Shown: one piece after another, positions 29,281-39,365 of the stretch | How the letters are laid out: every line of letters starts with the position of its first letter | How positions within the stretch are numbered: the first letter of the stretch is position 1 | IMG/VR virus record: IMGVR_UViG_3300042468_000162 | Span: 1-57,370 of that record | Direction: 5' to 3' (one strand) | DNA from: a virus | Taxonomy: Duplodnaviria > Caudoviricetes | DNA length: 57,370 bases | The notes under the pieces: model-generated | What the model was told of the DNA's origin: nothing | Database searches by the model: none | The model's input: only the letters and a program-made list of their open reading frames with translations | Position numbers and translations under genes: made by a program

Positions 29281-29766
29281 TTAAGCCAACTGATCACGAT
29301 CTACGTCAACGGGACCTACACGATCTGCGATGTTGCAAAGTAGTGCCCAAACACGGACCTTACCTGCAGAAATAGCAGTCGTAGAAGTTGCGATCAATAG
29401 ATCAATGGTATCTGCAGAACCACGAACAATGGGCTGATACGCTGCAGGTTGCGCTGCATAGCCAGTAGCTGAGCTATCTAGCACTGCACCATCAACAAAT
29501 GCGTCTGCATCAGCACCAGTGATGCCTAGATCGACAGTAACATCACCAGTGATGGTTGAAGTGACTTCATAACCAGCAGCAATGACGAGTGTCTCTGCTG
29601 GAACGTCAATGATTTCAATCACATCAGCAGCTGCAAGAGCACTGCCTTTGGTGGTAGTAGCCACTGCAAAGTCGAGTGTAGCTTCGACCATGTAGGGCAT
29701 ATTACGAATAGAACGTGCAGGATGAGTACCTGCTTGGATTCCTGGGGATACGTCAACGGTAGCCAT
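29281..29766 (-). CDS. Putative capsid decoration / minor capsid protein
   Basis: Follows the major capsid gene, GGAGG RBS, beta-rich. Confidence 0.6.
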   Translation of the reverse strand: MATVDVSPGIQAGTHPARSIRNMPYMVEATLDFAVATTTKGSALAAADVIEIIDVPAETLVIAAGYEVTSTITGDVTVDLGITGADADAFVDGAVLDSSATGYAAQPAAYQPIVRGSADTIDLLIATSTTAISAGKVRVWALLCNIADRVGPVDVDRDQLA

Positions 29767-29781
29767 TTATATTTCCTCCAA

Positions 29782-30852
29782 TTAAGCTGCGTTATATTTA
29801 GCGGTTACAATTGCTTCTGGCCTCAAAATTTTTCTGCCATACAAGTGCATACCACGTACAATGTCAGCAAAACTGTCAGGGTCACGATAGTTTTCAGTCT
29901 TGGTAATTTGCTGTGCAGTAGCAACAGCAGCTTCATGACCTGCTACAATAACACCGTAGTTGCTGTTCTGGTTAGCAGTACCTGTAGTACCTGGGCCAGT
30001 GCCAATCTTGGGAAGGTTGTTAGAAACATAAACACGGAAACCGTGAAGGTTGTTAATAACAAGACCATTTTGAAGACCAGAACCACCAAAGTCACTGTTC
30101 AATAGGCGACTATCTTCGTCTTTAAGCAATTCAATAAAGACGGGATCGACAACCAACCAACGACCTGTGGTATCAACAAACTGCTGATCTAGCAAACGAC
30201 CCATACGTGCAATAACCATTAAAGGTGATGCAGTTGCAGTGGGAAGTGCAGTTGCGCCAGGAAGACGAGCAGCAAGAGGAATGGAATGATCACCTGCAGA
30301 TGCAGTGGTAATATTACCAAAGCTATCTTTACGGAGCTTCATCGAAGTAAGCAATTCATCTGAACCTGCAGTTGAAACAGCCTTAGTGCCAGGAGCAGTT
30401 GTACGTGCAGTGTCAGCATTGACATGCTTAGCTGATTGATAGAAGCCTGCAAGGTAGCCAAGAACGTCTTGATCATACTGGTCACGCAAGCGATATGCTG
30501 CACGATCAGATGCCATAGACATGAAGTTTACATGACTGTGAGCAGCTTCAATGTCATCAATCTTAAATGCAAAGTAGTTTGCTTGATCAACGACAAGGGT
30601 GAAGTCTTCGTCATCAAGATCTTGTGCCGTGATTTGTGTGCCACGAGCATAAGATTGAACAGAAACTTCAGGCTCTTTGATGATCTTAACCGAATCACCC
30701 ATGTTAGCGATCTCACCGAAGTAGTCGCTGTTAGTGATATCTTCTACGGTTGAAGATTTACGGAATGCAAGTTGTACCTGTTTGCTGTAAATGACAGCTG
30801 AGAAATTGCCATTTGGCAGGTTGTTGTAATTCGGGGCTTTAGGAAAAGCCAT
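29782..30852 (-). CDS. Major capsid protein
   Basis: 356 aa; F...IYS, GDSVKI, DIVRGMHLYG.K.LRP; AGGAGG RBS; downstream of the scaffold gene. Confidence 0.9.
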   Translation of the reverse strand: MAFPKAPNYNNLPNGNFSAVIYSKQVQLAFRKSSTVEDITNSDYFGEIANMGDSVKIIKEPEVSVQSYARGTQITAQDLDDEDFTLVVDQANYFAFKIDDIEAAHSHVNFMSMASDRAAYRLRDQYDQDVLGYLAGFYQSAKHVNADTARTTAPGTKAVSTAGSDELLTSMKLRKDSFGNITTASAGDHSIPLAARLPGATALPTATASPLMVIARMGRLLDQQFVDTTGRWLVVDPVFIELLKDEDSRLLNSDFGGSGLQNGLVINNLHGFRVYVSNNLPKIGTGPGTTGTANQNSNYGVIVAGHEAAVATAQQITKTENYRDPDSFADIVRGMHLYGRKILRPEAIVTAKYNAA

Positions 30853-30936
30853 GATTTATCCTCCTAAGATAAATGAATAAGTATATAAATACGCTTAAAC
30901 ATTCACTACAGAGGCTGTCAATATTGAGTGCGAAAG

Positions 30937-31485
30937 TTATCGGGTCAATATATTTTCAGGTAAGTCTGATAGTCTATTGTTTTGCGCCACAAGATGACAC
31001 AAAGAAATGAACACATGTTCTGTATATTCTTGTTTCATCTTATTGATAGCAGCACAGACTAATTGGATATTATCCTTGTGATAGCCTTTACTACTATCGA
31101 TTCGGTCTAGGCTTATCGTATTAAACTGGTTGGCTACGGCTACTAGCGGCAGTTTTGTATAAGCACAAAGACCTTGCTGCACTTCAAAAACATCTAGTAA
31201 GTCTTCATTGACTAAACTAAATTCTTTATTTCGATTCTTTGCTTTAGTGCAAAGATTCTTTAACCTTGAATCTATATCTCTAGTATATTTTGGTATGTAA
31301 CTTTTTCGGGCTACAGACACTCTCTTTTTTATCGTGTTTTCATTTTTCAAGTAGTACTCGTGTCCAACAATGCAAGCACATGGCTTACATATACCACGAA
31401 CCCCAAACTTCTTATGTTTATCTTTATGAAACTCTGTCAGTGGCTTTTCAATGCCACACTTACGGCAACACTTTACCTGTTCCAT
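30937..31485 (-). mobile_element. Free-standing HNH-like endonuclease between scaffold and capsid
   Basis: N-terminal CxxC zinc ribbon; QQGLCAYT, SLDRIDSSKGY..DNIQLVC...N.MK. Confidence 0.88.
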
Positions 31486-31567
31486 TTTATCTCCGACAAG
31501 AAAATGGGCTAGCTAATGTGTCGGCATTAGCAGGGGAGCTACCCTCTTCGCCCGTTACTTTGCTCTT

Positions 31568-31596
31568 GTTATATTGACTTAATTTAAATTTGTCAA
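31568..31596 (-). promoter_or_regulatory. Putative sigma70 promoter for the HNH/capsid genes
   Basis: Minus strand TTGACA-N17-TATAAC. Confidence 0.65.
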
Positions 31597-31608
31597 GTTA
31601 CTATGATA

Positions 31609-32475
31609 CTAACGTGCGTGACCTGACTTATCATACACAAATTTACCAGAACGTATAGCAGCAATAATGAGATCTTGTTTCTTCTCATACTCAGCTGCTG
31701 ACATGCGCTCTACATCAGATTCATAAAATACGTCATTGTTTCTTTCACTAGGCTGTGATCGTTTAGAACCCATCACTGAACGTGCAGCATCCTTATATGT
31801 ATCCTTCTTACGACTACCTGCAATGCCCATATCAGCTTTGTACAGATCAATAGCACGTGCAGCTGAAATAGCGTCTGTTTCGTTGTCGTATAAAGCTTGT
31901 TGCACCCACTTGGGCTGCTTATCTACCCACTCATGGAATTCATCCTGCTCTCTGATTTCATCAAAGTCGGGATGTAACTTCATAAGCTGTGCTTCAGCTT
32001 TCTTCTTTTCAGCTTCCTCTGCCATCTGATTAATCTTATGAACACGGGATTCAAGTTCAGCAGACTGTTCTCGTGCTTTTTTAATGGCAATAGTTTCAAC
32101 AATCTTTGCTACGTCTGGATACTCACTAACCCATGCCTCTAATTCTTCTTCACTTTTGGGTAGCTTAATCTGTTCTTTTGTAGATGATTCTAGTTGTGCC
32201 TGTAGTTCATCGATCTTCTTTTGTAGATCTAGTTGTTGTTTTTGTGAGTGTCTACGTAGATCGCCATAACGCTTTTTAAAGCTACGTTCCTCTGCACTTT
32301 CAGGTACAACACCGTCATCATCTTCTGCATCTTCAGATTCAATATTTTTCTTATTATCTGAAGTATCAAGCATCTGCTTTAACTCTTCTTCTTCTTGTTT
32401 TATTTTTTCATGATTTGCATTACGTTTAATGAAACCTGCTACTTTTACGTGTTCAATTTGTTGTTGCTCAGACAT
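31609..32475 (-). CDS. Capsid scaffolding protein
   Basis: Acidic coiled coil, FKKRYGDLRRH, HPDF; upstream of the capsid gene. Confidence 0.8.
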   Translation of the reverse strand: MSEQQQIEHVKVAGFIKRNANHEKIKQEEEELKQMLDTSDNKKNIESEDAEDDDGVVPESAEERSFKKRYGDLRRHSQKQQLDLQKKIDELQAQLESSTKEQIKLPKSEEELEAWVSEYPDVAKIVETIAIKKAREQSAELESRVHKINQMAEEAEKKKAEAQLMKLHPDFDEIREQDEFHEWVDKQPKWVQQALYDNETDAISAARAIDLYKADMGIAGSRKKDTYKDAARSVMGSKRSQPSERNNDVFYESDVERMSAAEYEKKQDLIIAAIRSGKFVYDKSGHAR

Positions 32476-32598
32476 ACTTACCTCTTTAGTTGGGGGCTGT
32501 TACATCAGGTGGCCCAAAGGCTATTATTTAAAATAGCCCATAATGAAGGGTTATTGTTATTGAAAGCTACACCCTTCTATAGCTAACTATCTATTATA

Positions 32599-34389
32599 TC
32601 ATCCACCACCGGGAGTAGTCAATGCTCGTGTTACAATGGTAGGCATATACATTTGTAAAGCTTTAGCTGGATCTAAATTTTTCATACTAGCATTAATGGC
32701 AACATTAGATGCCATCTTTGTAATACTGCCGATACGACGTATCGTGTCCGTGTTTACCGTACCACTTAATCCTTTCATTACATTTGCTGCTGCTATTTCT
32801 GAAACACCCGTAGATATAAGGGTGTCCTTAAAAGATGTTAAGAAATCACTCAAATCCCCGCCTTGTACTACTTTAATAACTCCACTACCTATAGAGTTAG
32901 CAAATATACTAGACACTTGAGCCGGTTTTAAATTTACGGCACTTGCAATAGAATTTACAGTATCTGCACCTAATATAGCATTTGTAATATCGCCAGCATT
33001 AGCATTAATAGCACCAGTAGCTGCACCACTCAATACAGCTTTTTTAACATCACCACCAACTGCTGCAGCACTGATTCCATTTACTGTAGCACCTATAATC
33101 GCAGATCCAACCGTTTGTGCTCCAACTGCACCAGCACCTAAAACAAACTCACCTACCGCAGTGGACCATCCAGCTGTAAATGGAGCTGCAGCCATAGCAG
33201 CAAATTGAACAAATGTACCTGCCGTTTTAGCATCTGGGTGCTCCCCAGTGTAGAAGCTAGCCTTTCCTACAGGTACAAGTTTATCGTCTATTTCTTTATA
33301 GACTTGTGTCATGCGCTCCCTGTTATCGCCGCCCGTCTTTCCTGATATTTGATAGTAAATACCATCAGGCTGTTCTATCTTTTGTACTGCAGTTGTTTTA
33401 TGATTAAGCACATCATACATAAAAGAAGAACCGGGTTTATCTTTAGCTGCGTCTGTCTGTAGCCACGCTCTGTATGGATTAACCCAGTAAGCATCATTTT
33501 GTACAGTCTCCATAATAGGAACACCGTCAGTGTCTACCCCTGTCTGTACTTCACTTGTGCCGAAATCTTTTAAGTCTTTAAAGGGGTTGTCCAATATCAT
33601 ACCAGGACCCCATGCTCTATTCTTAGCTTTATTTTCTGGTGCGTACTTAGTTGAATCTTTCTCTGCCAATGAAAGCAGGTACCTATTCATATCCGTATCT
33701 ACATCTAGTCCCGCATAAGTGGGGTCCATAGTAACTAAAGGCTGCTGTGTCACAGTACCTGTAATTGTAGATGCTTTACCGAATTGCCCGGGTTGACGTA
33801 TTGAACTGAGTAAAGGCTGCGCTTCACTGGGATCTCTGTATACACCACCTTTACTTACAACTTTACTTGTTTGTGTAAAACCTTCAGGTATGTCCAGTTG
33901 AGGTGTATCACCCATAAAGGGTATATAGATATCACGCTCACCTTCTTTACCGAAGCGACGCATTTGATAAGCCATGGAGGGGACAGCACCGCCGCTTTGA
34001 AATCTTAGCTGCCCCTCCTCAGACTTTTTTGATTGATTCTCTACCTCTTCAATAATGTCATCAATCTCTGTTTCAAATTCGCCAGTATCTTCCTCAGTTG
34101 CCTCATCTGCATTCCCCATCTGTCCCATAGCGTCCATCTTAGCTAATCCATTTTTAGCTGCCTGACGCATTTGCATAAGTCTTTCTAGCCCAATAAAACG
34201 TACTACATCTGCAGGAAATACAAACTCACCTTCACTAAGCTGTGCAGGTATATCGTCACGCACTTCTTTTTTCAGTGAGCCTACGGGTACTTCATTACCA
34301 CTTACTGTATCGACAGTGCCACCTTCTTGCATCATGCCACCGTCTTGAAAAAGACGTTGCATTTGTTTTTTAGATTTACTCTTGGGCAT
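32599..34389 (-). CDS. Putative virion protein
   Basis: RDDIPAQLSEGEFVFPADVVR motif; Gly/Ala-rich hydrophobic C-terminus; start uncertain (34398, 34389 or 34362). Confidence 0.65.
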   Translation of the reverse strand: MPKSKSKKQMQRLFQDGGMMQEGGTVDTVSGNEVPVGSLKKEVRDDIPAQLSEGEFVFPADVVRFIGLERLMQMRQAAKNGLAKMDAMGQMGNADEATEEDTGEFETEIDDIIEEVENQSKKSEEGQLRFQSGGAVPSMAYQMRRFGKEGERDIYIPFMGDTPQLDIPEGFTQTSKVVSKGGVYRDPSEAQPLLSSIRQPGQFGKASTITGTVTQQPLVTMDPTYAGLDVDTDMNRYLLSLAEKDSTKYAPENKAKNRAWGPGMILDNPFKDLKDFGTSEVQTGVDTDGVPIMETVQNDAYWVNPYRAWLQTDAAKDKPGSSFMYDVLNHKTTAVQKIEQPDGIYYQISGKTGGDNRERMTQVYKEIDDKLVPVGKASFYTGEHPDAKTAGTFVQFAAMAAAPFTAGWSTAVGEFVLGAGAVGAQTVGSAIIGATVNGISAAAVGGDVKKAVLSGAATGAINANAGDITNAILGADTVNSIASAVNLKPAQVSSIFANSIGSGVIKVVQGGDLSDFLTSFKDTLISTGVSEIAAANVMKGLSGTVNTDTIRRIGSITKMASNVAINASMKNLDPAKALQMYMPTIVTRALTTPGGG

Positions 34390-34609
34390 TGATTTCATCT
34401 CTTAGCCTTTTCATTTTCATAAGAGCATCAAGTGCCCCTTGTGCTTTATACAGATCTACTGGATCTTTAGCCTGCTCTAGGATCTTGTAGTATCCCCTAG
34501 CTCTAGTCTCCAATACACCTGTAAATGCATCCCATACCATCTGGGTATTAAATACACTCTTAAGCCTGTTGAGGTGTTGGTGGTGCTGCTGGTCTGATTG
34601 ATTGGACAT
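34376..34609 (-). CDS. Small conserved protein after the portal gene
   Basis: LYKAQG motif; overlaps the portal 3' end. Confidence 0.6.
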   Translation of the reverse strand: MSNQSDQQHHQHLNRLKSVFNTQMVWDAFTGVLETRARGYYKILEQAKDPVDLYKAQGALDALMKMKRLRDEINAQE

Positions 34610-36668
34610 TACCTGTAAACCCTTGTTCTCCTGGGACGGGAGCTTGTCCTATCCCAATATTGCCACCACCTGTTCCTGCTGTATCTGCTACTCCCGGTAC
34701 TGCAGGTGCTCCAGATGCAGCAGGTTGTGCAGCAGGTTGTTGTGGCTGTATTATTGCTGCCTGTCTAGCAGCTTCTTCTAAACTATTAGTTACCTTATCT
34801 GGATCAAGATCCATGGACTTAGCAATCTCACGGATGATGTAAGGGAACTTAGCAAATGGCATTAATGCAGGTGAGCTTGCAATCTGTAAAAACTGCATTA
34901 AGCGTTGACTACGTACTTCATTTGCCATAAGGCTTTCAGTACCACGTGCTTTAACTTCTAAGTCACCACGTGCCTCTGGATCAAAGTCAAACTGCATATT
35001 AAAACTAAAGAATGCCTCACCCATGGGGCGTAGTAAATAATCATCGACATTCTTAATAACAGTCTTAATAGATCCCGTTGCAGCATTCATTAACATGCTA
35101 ATGCCACTAGCTGTCCTACCTACACCAGCTACACCTGTCTGACCGTGTGCAAATGAAGGGAACCCAGTAGACTCATCTGCAAGTACACGTGCTTTATCAA
35201 ACAATTGTAAATTCTCGTTAGATACATTGGGAAACTTAGTACCAAAGATAGCCTGTCCCGGTGCTCCGCCCTGTCTACGAAACACCTTACCTGGGTATAT
35301 TTGTAAATCCTGCCCAGGTACAAGATTAGTTTCATCTACTTCAAACACAAGATTACCGGATAGTACTGCATTATCTACAGCTAATCTCATAAATCCATTC
35401 ATCAGAGTCTGCGTATCATCCATGTTTTCACCGATACCAATACCGAAGAACGAATAAGGATTCAATTCATAAGGCACTGCATAGTATGGGATACGTGCAG
35501 GTTTAAATGGATTAAGTACCATGCGAATGACACGATTATTACATAGCCACACATTAGCCTGTAGCTCATCAACACCATCTAGTTCTGCTGGTATCTTTAC
35601 ACCATTGTCTTTAAGCATATCGCTATCAACAGTTCCCCAGAACTCTAGTACTTCAAATCGATTGACACCATGATCCGTTTGATAGTCATTGAGATCATCT
35701 TCCCAATATTCTTTAGTGTATGACTCACCTTCAGCAATAACGTCATCTATGACTTTTTTACGGAAGTAGGGACGCTTCTTTAAAGCACGTAACTGTGATC
35801 TACTAAGCTTGTGCCTTTCTACGACATAGCTAGCTTCTTCCATGTTAGCTGCATCTGGATCAGGATAAAAATTCCACACACTGACATGTGAAGTAGAGGG
35901 TACAGTTTTAATAGTGGGCTTATAGTCTCCAGATTCTTCCCAGCTAGGGTATTCTTTATCTAGAGCAAAGGGACCCTTCATGATCCCTGTACCAAACAAA
36001 GACATTTCAAATGCTGTAGACCTTAACTGCTTACTTGCCTTGCTTTCGTCCAGTTGATCTTTAATCTTCTTTTCCATCTTCTTAGCAGCTACCATAGCGG
36101 GGCTGAACGTAACAGAAGTTGGGGTAGTACCTGCACCTAGCTTAAGGTTTTTAATGCCGCCTAGAGCTGATTTAAGGGGTCCTAAGAGCCTATCTAAACT
36201 GTAGGCAGTTGAACCTGGGGGGAGCTTTTTACCATCACCTGCAAAGCCATAGATAGCTTCACCTGCAACTGGGGCTTGATTGGCTTTAGCTGGATCAAAG
36301 TGGACATCTTCAGCTACACCCTCTGGCAATACAGTGGGTTCAACAGAGATAGGGAATGAGTTGTTAGAAAACAATACCTCAGTGATAGCTCCATATGCAG
36401 CTAAAACTTTAGTCTTGGTTACCTTAATAAATACACGGCTCTTTTCATCTTCACGGAATTGGACATCGGGTCCATAAATACCACGATAATTACGATAGGC
36501 TCTTAGCCACCTTTCTTCATCGTACCTTCTTGCAGTTTTAGCACGATTGAATTTGCCTCTAACAAGTTCAATAATAGGCTTTGTAACCTCGTCTTCCTTA
36601 TTGAAAGATGGAGTGTCTTCTAAGCTTACCGTCGTAGATTCAGTGTAATCCGTTTTATCTTGGGCCAT
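34560..36668 (-). CDS. Portal protein
   Basis: About 700 aa directly after TerL; GTGIMKG, FYPDP, FFGIG, RTASGISML. Confidence 0.88.
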   Translation of the reverse strand: MAQDKTDYTESTTVSLEDTPSFNKEDEVTKPIIELVRGKFNRAKTARRYDEERWLRAYRNYRGIYGPDVQFREDEKSRVFIKVTKTKVLAAYGAITEVLFSNNSFPISVEPTVLPEGVAEDVHFDPAKANQAPVAGEAIYGFAGDGKKLPPGSTAYSLDRLLGPLKSALGGIKNLKLGAGTTPTSVTFSPAMVAAKKMEKKIKDQLDESKASKQLRSTAFEMSLFGTGIMKGPFALDKEYPSWEESGDYKPTIKTVPSTSHVSVWNFYPDPDAANMEEASYVVERHKLSRSQLRALKKRPYFRKKVIDDVIAEGESYTKEYWEDDLNDYQTDHGVNRFEVLEFWGTVDSDMLKDNGVKIPAELDGVDELQANVWLCNNRVIRMVLNPFKPARIPYYAVPYELNPYSFFGIGIGENMDDTQTLMNGFMRLAVDNAVLSGNLVFEVDETNLVPGQDLQIYPGKVFRRQGGAPGQAIFGTKFPNVSNENLQLFDKARVLADESTGFPSFAHGQTGVAGVGRTASGISMLMNAATGSIKTVIKNVDDYLLRPMGEAFFSFNMQFDFDPEARGDLEVKARGTESLMANEVRSQRLMQFLQIASSPALMPFAKFPYIIREIAKSMDLDPDKVTNSLEEAARQAAIIQPQQPAAQPAASGAPAVPGVADTAGTGGGNIGIGQAPVPGEQGFTGNVQSIRPAAPPTPQQA

Positions 36669-36669
36669 A

Positions 36670-38280
36670 TTAGTATCCAAAAGTGCGGTCAGCTACACTC
36701 ATACCGCTACGCTGATGTGCGGGATCATAATCCCATAAACTGCTTCTAGGTCTGCTCATAACACCATATCGTAGTGCATCGTATAAGTGATCTTCAGACT
36801 TTGTATTAATATCTTCAGGGTTTGATTTATCAAGGGGTATAACAGGAAGCTGTGCAATCAGGTTTGTACAGTTGTCCATAATCACAAGTCTAGGCTCTTC
36901 AGTAAAATCATCCAGCTGCAAGCGTCTATGTATCTCATTTTTACCTGCTACACGAGAACCTGCACTACGATCTGCTGGCCTCCACCTACAACCCTCGGCT
37001 ATCATCTGCTCAGCCAATGAAGGACCAGTATCACCCCTACGATGCCAACAGGAAGAATCAAGAACACCATAGCGGATCTGTCCATCTTCTTGTTCAATAT
37101 TCAATATCATCTTGGCAAGGTCTTTAGCTAGTATTTTACTAACGTACAATTCCCTATAAACGACAAGTTGTTCCGCTGGAGTCACTGCAAACCACAATAC
37201 TGCTGAGTAAGAACCGTATCCATAGTCACATGCCCTGAATCTAGCCCAGTTACTGGGTATTTTTTCATGTTTAATGACATGAATGCGCCTGTTGAACTCT
37301 GGAAATGCAGCACCTTCGGCTACATCCCAGTTCCCTTCCAGCAATTGTTTACGTTGGTGTTCAGGGAGTGACAAAAGCATAGTCTCATAGTCACCACCTT
37401 CAGCAAGATAGGGGTTATCTGAGAGCATAGCAGGTATAAACCTGCGTTTAAACAAAGGTTGACCCTCTTTACTGTGACCTTTTGGGTACGAAAGTGTGTC
37501 ACCTGTCTCTATGTCGGTAGCCCAGAACGCCCTACCAGCAGGACTAGGGTCAATAAACATCTTTTTAACCCACACATGACCTGGACCACCTGGGTTTGTA
37601 GTAGCTCTCATGTAGGTAGGTAGATCTGGTGCGGTACTCCGCAAGCGAGAACGCATGTAATTCCATGCAAATGGAGTTGACCACTGCGTCAATTCATCAA
37701 AACCTACCCAACTAAACGAGAGTCCCTGATACCTCAGTACATCCTCATCACGATCCAAGTAAGAAAACCACAGTCTTGCTCCACTTGGTGCCTGCCACTG
37801 CATCTTTCTCTCGGACCATTTGATCCCAGGATAGATTCTTGGGTACAATTCCTGACTTTTCCAAATCAGTTCCCTTAATTCTTCTGTTGTATGTCGCAAT
37901 AGTAGCCCACTAAACTGTGGATGTCCCATATATCGCATGGGATCTGCCAACATTGCATATGATTTACCTCCACCTGCAGCCCCACCATACAGTACTTCAC
38001 GCTCACTTGCAGCTAAAAAGAAGGACTGTGGTCCTGCGTTGGGCTTAAATATTACATTATTATCCTGTTGTACTTTCTGTATGAGTACTTCTTGCCTTTG
38101 TATCTCCTCCTTGTTTAAAGTCTGGATCGAGATGTCTGGCACTTTCGACGATTCTTTTGGCTTGGTTGTAGATTTTTGTACCTTTTTTGTCTTCGTACTT
38201 TTCCGCAAGCTCAAGGGCTTCTTTGTACCTTCTGGCCCATGACCTAAGTAAGCTAATTTTGGCTCTTCTTTGTCGCTCAT
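36670..38280 (-). CDS. Terminase large subunit
   Basis: YGGAAGGGKS (Walker A), FDELT (Walker B), ATTNPGG, CDYG, EDHLYDALRY. Confidence 0.95.
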   Translation of the reverse strand: MSDKEEPKLAYLGHGPEGTKKPLSLRKSTKTKKVQKSTTKPKESSKVPDISIQTLNKEEIQRQEVLIQKVQQDNNVIFKPNAGPQSFFLAASEREVLYGGAAGGGKSYAMLADPMRYMGHPQFSGLLLRHTTEELRELIWKSQELYPRIYPGIKWSERKMQWQAPSGARLWFSYLDRDEDVLRYQGLSFSWVGFDELTQWSTPFAWNYMRSRLRSTAPDLPTYMRATTNPGGPGHVWVKKMFIDPSPAGRAFWATDIETGDTLSYPKGHSKEGQPLFKRRFIPAMLSDNPYLAEGGDYETMLLSLPEHQRKQLLEGNWDVAEGAAFPEFNRRIHVIKHEKIPSNWARFRACDYGYGSYSAVLWFAVTPAEQLVVYRELYVSKILAKDLAKMILNIEQEDGQIRYGVLDSSCWHRRGDTGPSLAEQMIAEGCRWRPADRSAGSRVAGKNEIHRRLQLDDFTEEPRLVIMDNCTNLIAQLPVIPLDKSNPEDINTKSEDHLYDALRYGVMSRPRSSLWDYDPAHQRSGMSVADRTFGY

Positions 38281-38587
38281 TCTTTACACGATGCAATAAA
38301 CCGACATGACTTATATACCTTCCAGTGACTTTTGTTAGCCATGCAGCTACATTACGAGAGGCATATTGTTTTAAATACTTCTTAGCTTTCTCTAATGCTT
38401 CTAATTCATGGGGTATTGGTATTAATAACAGCTTAGATTCTTCAGAAAACTTATATCCAAACGGAGGTTTAACGAGCATTACTGTTACGGGTATGGGTAC
38501 GTATTCCCCTGTTTCCGCTGCATCTTTAGGCTGAGGCAATAGCCATTTACCTGCAGCCTTTCTTAATGGCAATACACTGTCTGGCAT
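38060..38587 (-). CDS. Hypothetical protein, possibly DNA-binding
   Basis: PFGY motif and an HTH-like segment; 3' end overlaps TerL. Confidence 0.6.
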   Translation of the reverse strand: MPDSVLPLRKAAGKWLLPQPKDAAETGEYVPIPVTVMLVKPPFGYKFSEESKLLLIPIPHELEALEKAKKYLKQYASRNVAAWLTKVTGRYISHVGLLHRVKNERQRRAKISLLRSWARRYKEALELAEKYEDKKGTKIYNQAKRIVESARHLDPDFKQGGDTKARSTHTESTTG

Positions 38588-38589
38588 AG

Positions 38590-38964
38590 TTACTCATCAT
38601 CTTGAGAAGTATCTTTAGGGGGTAAAATCATTAAGCCGTTATTTGTTTCAATCTGCATCTTTTCTGTCTTAGCTAAGCCTACACGATCTAGCAAGTCTTT
38701 AGCTGCACTTAGTTTGTCCCTGATGCCTAACTCTGTAGGATCTACCATACCGTCTACAAGTGACATAGCTGCACGGGGTGCATTACGTGCCATAAAGATT
38801 TGTGTAGCTTCTAGTATTTCTTCTTTAAGACCTTTAATGATATCACGAGTGTAGTATGTAGGTGAATACCCTGCTAGTACTTTAGCACGATTAACATCTC
38901 CCCCTGCCTCATCAAATAAGACATCAAGAAACTTTTGTTGTAGTTCAGTTAATTGTCTTGCCAT
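38590..38964 (-). CDS. Putative terminase small subunit
   Basis: LTELQQKFL...A..LAGYS HTH-like start, AAKDLLDRVG, ILPPK tail. Confidence 0.7.
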   Translation of the reverse strand: MARQLTELQQKFLDVLFDEAGGDVNRAKVLAGYSPTYYTRDIIKGLKEEILEATQIFMARNAPRAAMSLVDGMVDPTELGIRDKLSAAKDLLDRVGLAKTEKMQIETNNGLMILPPKDTSQDDE

Positions 38965-38966
38965 AA

Positions 38967-39365
38967 TTAATCCCTGTAAGGTCGAACCTTCTTAGCAATA
39001 GCCTTTGGTTGGCTTACAAATTGTTTACCCTGCTTTGTACCTTCTCGTTTAGCTTTAGTTGTAGCTGCGTATTCTGCAGGTGATAGGGCCTCTCTAGCTT
39101 TCTTTGGTAAGTATCTTTCACCTGTAGCTTGTGGACCTTGTGTGGAAGGTTTACCTGACTTAGTTCCCCAATCTTCTTTAGTCCACTTACTGAGACTCTT
39201 TTGGGCTTTAGTCTTTTCTCCTGTATACCCACCGCCTTTATCTTTGTAAATCTTACCTGCTAACTGTGCTTTCCTAGCTGACCATTGACCTGCGCTTCCA
39301 CCTTTAGTACTGGCTTTTACTTGGGCCACTACTCTGTCCCATAATTTTTCATTTGATCTAGGCAT
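38967..39365 (-). CDS. Conserved basic phage protein
   Basis: GQWSARKAQ, GGGY, TGERYLP motifs. Confidence 0.8.
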   Translation of the reverse strand: MPRSNEKLWDRVVAQVKASTKGGSAGQWSARKAQLAGKIYKDKGGGYTGEKTKAQKSLSKWTKEDWGTKSGKPSTQGPQATGERYLPKKAREALSPAEYAATTKAKREGTKQGKQFVSQPKAIAKKVRPYRD

